Shown: in pieces, positions 15,001 through 18,531 of the stretch
Layout of the letters: each line of letters opens with the position of its first letter
How positions within the stretch are numbered: the stretch's first letter is position 1
Origin: Clostridiales bacterium
GTDB lineage: Bacteria > Bacillota > Clostridia > Christensenellales > UBA1242
Length of the DNA: 64,000 nt
Assembly: GCA_918292005.1 (NCBI GenBank)
Contig: CAKJZJ010000011.1
Location: 18,469 to 82,468 of the forward strand
Direction of reading: 5' to 3'
Notes under the pieces: model-generated
The model's input: the letters and a program-made list of their open reading frames with translations, nothing else
What the model was told of the DNA's origin: nothing
The model's database searches: none
Program-made: the position numbers and the translations under genes

Positions 15001-18000
15001 TCGTAGGGTATTTAATGTCCGTGGTTATGATGCAACTAATACTATTGGTTTAGATGCAACATATTTAACCAATAGGACGGAATCCCTGAAAGAACAATAT
15101 TATTTGTACGATATTGCTAATGAAACAAATAGTTCATTTGGTCTAATAGATAACTTAACTGGAACTATTAGTGATGTAAATATTGAGCATATGACATTAA
15201 CCAATACAGATATGACTGTAAGTAGAACAATGGGTCTAATAGGTTTGTCTGAGATGGGTATAATCTCTAATGTAAACATCAATAATACATCTACTATTAC
15301 TATTAATAGAAGAAGCACAGCTAGTAATAGTACGGTGGACTTTACTCTAGGTGCTATAATTGGTAATCTAAGTATGGGTTCTTCACTAAGCAATTGTGTA
15401 AATAATGCAATTATTAATTATACTGGTGAAGGAACAATTAAATCATCTGCAAGTAGTTATATAGGTGGTATAGCAGGACTATATTCATATGCAGGCATTG
15501 TAGATAGTATTAATAATGGTAATATAACTATAATTAACAATGCCAATAGATTGGCCACAATATCTGGTATAGCTAATACTACACTCACAACTCATTACAA
15601 TTCTAGCAGTAGTAGAAAATCTATACCAATTGCATTGAGCAATTATCCTAGTGCACTATATAATGTAGCTAATAAAGGCAATATTACAGCATACAGTAAT
15701 CTAGCTAATGGTATATCTAATGCAGTGGCTAGTGATGGATCTGTAATCAATGCATATAATACTGGTGCAATTACTAGTGCCAATAGCAATTCTGCTGGTC
15801 TAGTAAGCAAAATAGATGGTGGAATTCTTAAGAATGCATACGATAGTGGATCTGCTCCTAAGCCTACATATGCTACACTTGCATTGGGTGGTGTGGCAGA
15901 GAATGTATATTATCTATCCACACTGACTAATGGTCAAGGGACCTCACTTACTGATGCTAATATGAAATTGACATCTAGTTATGCATTTGATTTCACATCA
16001 GATTGGTCGACACCTAATAATGCATATCCAACACTCAAATTTGAAAGCATGTCTGGATTTATGACATATGGTGGAACTGGTATTGCAACCAACGAAGGTA
16101 GTGGCTTGTGGATAGATGATTCTAATGTAACAGCAATCAATTTAGCTTCTTGCTACAATTCTTCACTCGGTGCATATATCCTAGATAATGTTTACAAAGT
16201 AGCTGCTTTATCTAGAGCAACAATGGTAGAGAATTCAGATCTTAATGGAAAAACATTTGTCATAGCATCAGAAACTCCATTAGATTTTTCAGGTAAATAT
16301 TGGACACCAATTAATAGCTATGGCAGTACAACAGCCAAATTTAATATCATTGGTATCAATAAATCTGCTTCATCTATAGTTGCTAGTGATCTCGATATGG
16401 AGACCCGTAATGATAATGTAAAACTAACTAATATTAATATCATACCATCTAGTACAATTATAAATACTACAGGTAATACATATCTATCATTCATAAATAT
16501 GTTGAATGGTACAGGTACAAGCAATAATAGTATAATTCGTGGACTAGACTTTGAGAACTTTAGTTCCAGATCGTTTAGGGTAGGTGGTGTATATGGTTCT
16601 GTAGTATTGGGACATGCAATAGGTAATGTAACTGTAGCTTATTGTAATTACATTAGTGGTAATGTTGCAGGAGCATTCATTGGTGGACTAGTATATAGAT
16701 TGAGTGATCATTCTCATCTGAAATGGTCTACAATTACAGGATACAATCCAGATCCTAGTCATTCAGATGAATTGCATACAACATATGAGTTTGGCATTGA
16801 TTATGGTGGTAGTCTATCGGTATTTGGTACTGGTGCAGGACTAGCTAATACAATAGAAGGCACTTCAACTATAGAAGAAAATTATACTAATGGTATAATT
16901 AATGTCTACAATTCTCAGAATACTGCTCCATTTGTTGTAAGTGCTACTACAGGAGCAACAATTACTAATAACTACACTAAGAGCAAATATGAATTGTACG
17001 ATTCAGAAGATTATATATCAATATTTGTTAGCTCTCTCAATAATGCGACATTTTCTAATACTTATTCAGTAATGCCTGTTGTTAAACATACTCAGAATGG
17101 TCTAAATGAGAATATGAATAAATCTCAGGCTACAACAGTTGGTAGTTCTACTAGTGGAACAATTAGTAAAAACTATTATGTAATTGATAGTGCTTCAAAT
17201 CCTACAGTACATTATTGTGCTAATAGTTATTTAATTAATAATAGCTTCAACAATGTACAGATCAAACAAATTGGAGATAGTGATCTAAGTAATAGAGTTG
17301 CCTTTAAGGCAGATAGTACTTGGGATTTCCGTGATATTTGGGTATATGTACGTAATATCAATAGGAATTATCCAGTACTGAAAAAGATTATTGGTGACTA
17401 TGTAGCCGAATTGGTAGTAACTGTATACAATCCATATGAATATGGTGACAACGATCATTATCTACTGGGCAATATGAATTATGATGGATTAGACACAATA
17501 GAAAGAGAATCTACTGGTAATATAATTAGTGCTGGTATCAATCCAACAACTAATGCTAGCAATCCAACAGCAGCTATTACCGAAGATAGTACTAATCACA
17601 TTGTTACAATGACCTACGTATATTACATTTTAGCTAATAATACAGCTAAATTGACTGTATACAATACAAATATTGGTCTAGTATCCAGTGTATTATTTGG
17701 TGAACAGGGATTACATTCTACTCAACTCACAGAATATGCTACTACTCAGGATAATGCAGATGTAATAATTGATGATGACATTGATGGTGATGCATATCAG
17801 ATAATTATTACACTCAATCCACGTAGATTCAATGCAACTATCAATGCTACATTAACAGCAGCTAATGGCACAGATGGTGTAGAGAGTACAGATACTATTA
17901 CTATGGTATTTATACACTATACATCTTCTAATGTTGTTGACTACGCATATTCAATTAATATGGCTAATGGAACTTATCATCTAGATGATATATTCCAAGG

Positions 18001-18466
18001 TGTAGTAGATGGTTCTGGAGCTAGCAATTCAATCATTGGTGGGAATACAACAGTGGATAGTTATGGCTATTACAAAGTATATATGTATTATCCAATCTTC
18101 TATCCAAATGACACGACGAATACAACTATATCCGCTACAAACTCATCCAACAATCATACATTACAAAGGATATATGTTGCTACCAATGATACTTCGGTTC
18201 AGAGTGGCAAGACATATTATCAGTATAATAGTTCAACACACATTTATAATGCTGTGTCAAATCCTACTGGTAATCCAAAAACTCTAGGTTACTTTGAATT
18301 GGGTTATCAATTCTACGATGGCATTGCTACAATAAATAATACACAATGTAGCATTAATTATATTGGAACATTCTCGTTTGATACTTTAACAAGAGATATC
18401 ACGATAAATGTAACAATTAATAAACCATTAGAATACTGGCTACACGATACAGCTGTTAATTACTAA
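2..18466 (+). CDS. giant surface/adhesin-like protein, 5'-partial (>6,152 aa): N-terminal beta-sandwich array plus six GLUG-type beta-helix modules
   Basis: The frame-2 reading frame has no stop from nt 2 to TAA at 18464-18466. The only in-window start (ATG at 8, MIRGSWVIEDNSYN...) has no SD and no signal peptide, so the gene most likely continues upstream. The product is T/S/N/G/Y-rich and K/E-poor. Six repeated module signatures are listed separately. A perfect hairpin terminator follows. Confidence 0.85.
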   Translation, partial: TGMIRGSWVIEDNSYNSTEDSSKSEYRSLPTVSTWNQDPALIYGGPSLDHRIQRTLINDITGLTVNVYHHILKTFNINVNEIKVNRHTGLSNGGTTEALSVSAPVSTTTTSVTYILSYTYGGSAVTVGSIVINGTRVSYSGNTVTFRANVQDINIQISETNQYFSLSSFEGITTAATPLLVKRIARASDSNTNLTSSGGGEVISSYAYDACTITSTSAWVSSQTGSTIQPGNGNATLTLADDSEYQFYHCDNVNINATFDIWHKVTLNRTNATVTTTNSWDSSATIKIGEANSAAKLNKFTHVYNKDNATGLYIKEKEGATAYFDVSDEIYDITNDRNIRQKVYVISRLSGSSTYTLTDTGTIDGSSLFDTAAHYSSNFTALSTARTTLALTSANSPAATCNTSLAIGSGSRMDEYVTAFYTNAIRLKVDTQNNQTASTYYGSAVTTNASNSYSLSGNNGPTITFSLWTNNTATNGAPIFSDGTICVGGNFISAPTLYLKVNSITTAVEWTFNGIKNWESCNGTDSFTAATLNANMISSGLVYQASSFTIGISDSHIHTAFRIMLTPRYCITIKYKLEKNGDGNYEAMAVSSANMVTMNTADVPYNTSAGYDGYTQYFDNGTTVSIVVKTYNDNSFYDDNNTTKRYRIEKIENSYSTTASPSYYGYAQWSYSYTINGGNATLYAYEVKAFVLNQIAVSKTYVSTKGSNDNAQHTGGTFTISATHGFTYGGKYYGDNYDTVTLSHTMEQGFFIEGYNNILALSNLTNSTGSGTSTFDINCNASNGTTGGSRIDYTQIQMQAKEISVHFTDPYKGISDSQGNIQTSAGAISESNSIPMIIRVTTDNLSGALNNANIDDSYQLTNDTTVVSGKNYFIYNSTYDIYELVVSPQSNPKTSGYYEELNHYIGYFGVITFQVSTTDGDDSGYRLYGFGVAGTNNCHSPNAIVNDTAGYTKSSSPANRYGTISNSNVLTVGSNTSQGTGLTSGSLTLTDDFVSASSQGTANTLNIIVSVFWYRVYFVNIDFRADKTYLGNSSAVMETNIARSNLSDFDISGTYIAAGGGTATTSITYSDFGAPQGTGTETYFRKRFTVEYGTNITLNHALYVEPTYSSGYQLGYQYEYISNTLSSTNCASLSNSVSGSSVATTLSTITGPFTICIYYVPIQELIINKVTTGEGSVTGTFANDVYVLTADTFFRPGKTYYDASHNTTTTPAYTGSNASEQIAQYGLGVYELANVFSYQTYSSNTGTSTTISKIYGTQAPSSAPSGDVARSLGSTTNANVYTRTNGDYDLYVYTIYGANYDVGTQATQTAYTDANNGTRKKEFVPLNLNYLNQFTQSDQGYKLALSYNDSTKVNTGTFSASGTSFDLLSSGIYGSATLNLNIPNNQRKITTSGNRVRTNGTITATFQQIYEVLFEMIMSTGNTGTKYPSMSVTDTVNTVNISDQGVCNVYNSTNPSSPGSQTVRYFRNNYARSADLGKYTATVSWDGRTIEGLFNKTRVMKDDYGYNESMASAEVYSTVDALLPGLSGVTLTSPEQTPTFTLTPAEQSSLTTNGWAHVESLYFLRRTLVKYTKNLTSVMPDIGGQHNPVLSLVHNTSTDIQGNNANLSRTTVSISSTNYPFGTVKGGITSSAYVDNRIDISNVGTTVDDIYAVVQSTSATVTLFAEDISGYGYTFLGFYHGNTKLTSSNAIVNYTYNSTTYNGYKLENYTIPADETTTYVIEARYQIDSSASDSIQIVGNGYAQIACTSESNISNVTTSTFDYTSSDIYANDTNMNISRPIITSGSDDITTFVGIKITYGEGSTLAAVSAEYINSNVPFLTDLTHTKIISGSGYSIFVYNVAEYNDVNYRAIPTLIKFILTTDTWYENAAAVTDSSVTLGGTSYTKYAITTPEQLAYVAKDHNIMNSATTYIELGANLDMSAHIWIPMDGFKGVFNGNGYTITGLRITANKNIVTASDPVEHYSTSPVESINAYFLAPTYDSNSNTYSTDTAYLGNIDAANRNTVALYWTSARANYSGTTYYDYREYNQSYGNGIGLFGSTNGATILKLRFTNFNGYNYNSLTQYAGTLVAQATNTNISDVSIYNASNKAITYSSPVALNTASYYIGALVGKATGYMYIFGYNLVATGINNTDGTTINLSGIKRNSNLIFSFTVGYGDCTNKPSVFNNVADNNVAAGLIIQNSYIGAKKTTNNDTTNLAGSTAASVSAALIGAQSNNSISTYLNDIYVDVSASNGATENYAIYGAASLPSNITYDSVYVKNYISQVNQAYASSGRTSDFTSDRWIRSGNTPTGLTFANATTIGNPTAQTITANTVYPISTAKQLLDYMYSANQGSNSDLTGVEFHLVNDIDLTYAIWNAYDLPAGYTLDGGGFTISHLNLNSSREMRSDGTSGGLQNGVGLVQINKGTIRNIRLTDAYLYVNDDSGNRNYAGLIANNNYGNILQCYVEGTIDISVDAISSVDATRYDIFVGGIVGKTLSSSIISEVETDIDINLINYHYIVAGLKIIGGIVGVANGGTLYKIGSNPTVNVFGYAPISNAANYINVYRIGGLIGEVYTGGDNVVKDCYVGNKISSTFTSNINRYIGTTNSALGSIGGMSIASAVLNVDTFYSAMNPQADLIGSKDANTSVTTAHTFALGASYTGVTNITDDNLNTQSYMSNTCGFDFGNIWRYDGTRRYPVLIGNLNTHDIKITLKTDGVKFIDDENADSGATITNNKSYYMVEKGILYQSTPANLSDTEYYIKDYYLKALHSDAISEDYNITISANPGYHLVDILIDGHSVIHHTMTQKSNSVATATTETVNIFSLLQTALSISDTTMVQRTSEHTLEIIVSKDFYYFHTGIVVYDDVNHTYSLAGATRSGGAGRGYTSAYGEVNITSSNRIVDGNTYNNLLYSNSLRYNNSNPADDWTLSNTSQDYYYQNSGADNLTNGNSAVTYTYDGGAPVGGPNSYYANRLIGWIFIPEGVTRDYGLCISSDQPTINSFIKVDFDGSNYSYTAMNGSTVKGFKDANKLSVDASVTGSTVTILNNSNSTFPSTKTTTSYVRHSSLTVLVSSATKGSYYPVVERTYTSVLQNMVHGHTHVNACYNASGALVCTDYKTHTYFWHADNRNTQNSNHPDCDIVSTGYSITYGTGESDVNNGFTYSYEQGITWGDMVNIQSDRFLNSSQKKYIQITLGLDYRKEIDYFARRYYDETSGTYKVMYYKVDTTGGISRVFSISGNAEVAENNVYANTFDIVNSQLVGADYVTTITFELNKNTAGEYAFLVKDKVFKIEFEFTNANQSKLTRIQVGSSDSSYAQMIKFGYDKTTSQMKYYIGTDKDANMTAFTSTEWVTGNVHGIYGVSLNVKLKYENGTLYITAEMYYNYYLSFESTPFDDYRLTDETNCIITNNVKTVEPVMGSYYMGVMYTSYTDTISSNLRSKGYLSYSLNATPSIIEKTYLYKYGIMSNKLDHMKTTIYFEKDYYSYFDQLGLQTTIPGYYSGQLGGEMVNNTHYTNATPTSVTLSSASSTLSALLSSMQFVTIGGTATSSANGLSRDTAFVLDTPYKLAWLSYVLNENPNATYTYSGSTYKFSEATYKVIGSLDMSDKYWMPISTFSGEIFTGNGVGNAGSINNLRLEALQANCSNIGPILGGTSPYFSSTLAFITNATDVRIVNVTFNNTSINTDMYVGAAALIGICNGGYFDRVRINNSTIISTYTASNVSAMLGRTYGNTIINECEIVGCTVSGLSRQAAYVCNTTDNVTIVNSYAALSSQESSKSLIFVGDTNANSAICHGNVFYPTNCATATTLFSPAGPGVGVSNGENYIIGSYANAIAPASATTSTLSNLDFDNVWNITTGATPVFGHKDRYNNYTNYASTASGTLSGAGTKYDPYLIGSLADYAKFVIDINASTRNTASTYYRLTADIDLKGQAMQPIKVFQANLDGNGYAIKNYYLNVSDESVTGYRDAALIMVNAGTITKLFVRNFTIVNSNTDNDDNYTAALVAVNNGTITKTSANGIILGATLTTGGMIGRNNGTVNTLLVNKNGNFDSIIHGFAKAGGVIGYSDTSSNNTSLGIESSIIGGGSYLNGYRVGGVIGTSVSTNPHNNIYSQAKVKGILSGNSVYAGLITTTGNITINHAYSSVSDTGVSDGTNNFKYAPLAVSDSGTITINHANYVTSYITITATQGASAISSIALTSGCKASTVTATDIGSGNSLTNLSTYFNPNKDWDYQNVWSVYNSGATLPVFKHFNDYIIQLPKYDDDDVWMLATDLDARFYSYATSRRTTGKYIVARKTSNTVSEDTAYYVIEVSTTGMPINEAGSGSSVNLSQVVINDDNTIYIYRGSIATINVTSVASRHVDSIQLTHETVPAVTLSYTLDDTGNPNGGSGNALGVDGTRSGVNFSINPTADVLNNSTFNMYDRDRFTYKIVINQSKNKYEIVVGKTQNTSRDENLVQSITIASSNTTDDGAAVTNSLPNDNSTVSKNITHGSIVTITVDLNHSIMNTTTENVRIDKWMHLSKETGHSGVENYRSSDYLIANSIIASGQNVEETIQNVYLNGVQNSTGTYTYFNINTVDNGVNYSVSAGKLVISFTATMNTRGKYVVDLVKQWLVQIQMELTEDVGEIYPYVWLSGSTAFDASKVEGQADIDFTQTIKADNISTKGYSRSEYKLSGSTIVANAMGPGSYKIGATTYDYNSGSNLKNAFYRPYTTSPYDTGYLINNIFVDNGHSINVITEHYGYYTFNGFTVNSAAQAHTTSNPEYKYIYNEYFRIDSVTQAKAIIANYSPTIYELNIIVENSRDGATHGYIKDPADNNNKVAITYNIKHGSSQSITLVADKNYILDEADIYYNEYKYVSTNRYYRNGNTYQTNKPGDCLPILQTSPVALTTVNVVRAQSSVNNNTSEKNYTHTITYNNVYGNIEMHISYTRYYWGDNPMQTTSLTGAGTRANPYKISSTSDWAYIARTSASNNYSGQYFILTSDIDFDYRFMPSIQNFAGTIYGNGYTLKNMLLDDDNYTSRRVFNVRGYDATNTIGLDATYLTNRTESLKEQYYLYDIANETNSSFGLIDNLTGTISDVNIEHMTLTNTDMTVSRTMGLIGLSEMGIISNVNINNTSTITINRRSTASNSTVDFTLGAIIGNLSMGSSLSNCVNNAIINYTGEGTIKSSASSYIGGIAGLYSYAGIVDSINNGNITIINNANRLATISGIANTTLTTHYNSSSSRKSIPIALSNYPSALYNVANKGNITAYSNLANGISNAVASDGSVINAYNTGAITSANSNSAGLVSKIDGGILKNAYDSGSAPKPTYATLALGGVAENVYYLSTLTNGQGTSLTDANMKLTSSYAFDFTSDWSTPNNAYPTLKFESMSGFMTYGGTGIATNEGSGLWIDDSNVTAINLASCYNSSLGAYILDNVYKVAALSRATMVENSDLNGKTFVIASETPLDFSGKYWTPINSYGSTTAKFNIIGINKSASSIVASDLDMETRNDNVKLTNINIIPSSTIINTTGNTYLSFINMLNGTGTSNNSIIRGLDFENFSSRSFRVGGVYGSVVLGHAIGNVTVAYCNYISGNVAGAFIGGLVYRLSDHSHLKWSTITGYNPDPSHSDELHTTYEFGIDYGGSLSVFGTGAGLANTIEGTSTIEENYTNGIINVYNSQNTAPFVVSATTGATITNNYTKSKYELYDSEDYISIFVSSLNNATFSNTYSVMPVVKHTQNGLNENMNKSQATTVGSSTSGTISKNYYVIDSASNPTVHYCANSYLINNSFNNVQIKQIGDSDLSNRVAFKADSTWDFRDIWVYVRNINRNYPVLKKIIGDYVAELVVTVYNPYEYGDNDHYLLGNMNYDGLDTIERESTGNIISAGINPTTNASNPTAAITEDSTNHIVTMTYVYYILANNTAKLTVYNTNIGLVSSVLFGEQGLHSTQLTEYATTQDNADVIIDDDIDGDAYQIIITLNPRRFNATINATLTAANGTDGVESTDTITMVFIHYTSSNVVDYAYSINMANGTYHLDDIFQGVVDGSGASNSIIGGNTTVDSYGYYKVYMYYPIFYPNDTTNTTISATNSSNNHTLQRIYVATNDTSVQSGKTYYQYNSSTHIYNAVSNPTGNPKTLGYFELGYQFYDGIATINNTQCSINYIGTFSFDTLTRDITINVTINKPLEYWLHDTAVNY
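2573..2704 (+). repeat. dispersed protein motif copy A (YQLTNDTTVVSGKNYFIYNSTYDIYELVVSPQSNPKTSGYYEEL)
   Basis: Aligns with copies at 3557-3697 and 18173-18301. Shares nucleotide strings ACCAATGATAC, CGGTT and AGTGGCAAGA with copy C. Confidence 0.6.
3557..3697 (+). repeat. dispersed protein motif copy B (YVLTADTFFRPGKTYYDAS...QYGLGVYEL), longer insert
   Basis: Has the same Y-x-x-T-x-D-T-x4-G-K-T-Y-Y start and the same Y-E-L end as copies A and C. Confidence 0.45.
5648..6890 (+). other. beta-helix module 1 of giant protein (GLUG-like)
   Basis: N-cap: SYTKYAITTPEQLAYVAKDHN...LGANLDMSAHIWIPMDGFKGVFNGNGYTITGLRI. Rungs: IGLFGSTNGATI, IGALVGKATG, AAGLIIQNSYI, SAALIGAQSNNSI. C-cap: DFTSDRWIRSGNTPTGL. 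Confidence 0.6.
6938..8055 (+). other. beta-helix module 2 of giant protein (GLUG-like)
   Basis: N-cap: VYPISTAKQLLDYMY...HLVNDIDLTYAIWNAYDLPAGYTLDGGGFTISHLNL. Rungs: YAGLIANNNYGNI, VGGIVGKTLSSSII, IGGIVGVANGGTLY, IGGLIGEVYTGG. C-cap: FDFGNIWRYDGTRRYPVLIGN. Confidence 0.65.
10570..11540 (+). other. beta-helix module 3 of giant protein (GLUG-like)
   Basis: N-cap: RDTAFVLDTPYKLAWLSYVLN...VIGSLDMSDKYWMPISTFSGEIFTGNG...INNLRL. Rungs: AAALIGICNGGYF, VSAMLGRTYGNTII. C-cap: LDFDNVWNITTGATPVFGHK. Confidence 0.55.
11590..12695 (+). other. beta-helix module 4 of giant protein (GLUG-like)
   Basis: N-cap: GAGTKYDPYLIGSLADYAKFV...YYRLTADIDLKGQAMQPIKVFQANLDGNGYAIKNYYL. Rungs: TAALVAVNNGTI, TGGMIGRNNGTV, AGGVIGYSD, VGGVIGTSV, YAGLITTTGNI. 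C-cap: WDYQNVWSVYNSGATLPVFKHF. Confidence 0.65.
14765..16045 (+). other. beta-helix module 5 of giant protein (GLUG-like)
   Basis: N-cap: GAGTRANPYKISSTSDWAYIA...YFILTSDIDFDYRFMPSIQNFAGTIYGNGYTLKNMLL. Rungs: MGLIGLSEMGII, LGAIIGNLSMGSSL, IGGIAGLYSYAGIV, SAGLVSKIDGGIL. C-cap: FDFTSDWSTPNNAYPTLKFE. Confidence 0.65.
16070..17390 (+). other. beta-helix module 6 of giant protein (degenerate N-cap)
   Basis: N-cap-like: NGKTFVIASETPLDFSGKYWTPINSYGSTTAKFNIIGINKS. Rungs: VGGVYGSVVLGHAIGNV, AGAFIGGLVYRL, GAGLANTIEGTSTI. C-cap: WDFRDIWVYVRNINRNYPVLKKI. Confidence 0.5.
18173..18301 (+). repeat. dispersed protein motif copy C (YVATNDTSVQSGKTYYQYNSSTHIYNAVSNPTGNPKTLGYFEL)
   Basis: Strong residue-by-residue match to copy A, which lies 15.6 kb upstream. 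Confidence 0.6.
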
Positions 18467-18467
18467 G

Positions 18468-18506
18468 AAAAAATACACATTGATTAATTTCAATGTGTAT
18501 TTTTTT
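18468..18506. terminator. bidirectional rho-independent terminator between the giant gene and the ABC permease gene
   Basis: A5-ATACACATTGA-ttaatt-TCAATGTGTAT-T6. The 11-bp stem is perfect (18473-18483 pairs with 18490-18500) and is flanked by an A-run and a T-run. It lies between the convergent stops at 18466 and 18532. Confidence 0.8.
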
Positions 18507-18531
18507 ATTAAATAATGCCTATTTGTTGAGT

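Noticed and set aside
269-18287. About 20 short ORFs (60-109 aa) from the track inside the giant gene, on the opposite strand or in other frames (for example 269-487, 1321-1650, 4510-4794, 10729-11037, 15100-15393, 18009-18287).
   Set aside because: All are fully embedded in the 18-kb frame. They have no SD, give odd low-complexity or Cys/Ile-rich products, and are the expected by-product of a long ORF with biased composition.
1-18466. Giant gene as a recent horizontal acquisition, suggested by its slightly higher GC and different codon look.
   Set aside because: The shift is explained by the Gly/Thr/Ser/Ala-rich amino-acid composition. No flanking mobility genes, repeats or tRNA are visible. 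This cannot be settled without genome-wide statistics.
1-18466. Nucleotide-level tandem repeats, CRISPR-like periodicity or homopolymer phase-variation tracts inside the giant gene.
   Set aside because: I found none. The internal protein repeats are diverged at the DNA level, and the longest homopolymer noticed is A7 (near 6556), which is unremarkable in this AT-rich DNA.
18467-18531. A dif site at the convergence point between the giant gene and the minus-strand block.
   Set aside because: The gap contains only the terminator hairpin and AT-rich filler. Nothing resembles the 28-bp Firmicutes dif consensus.
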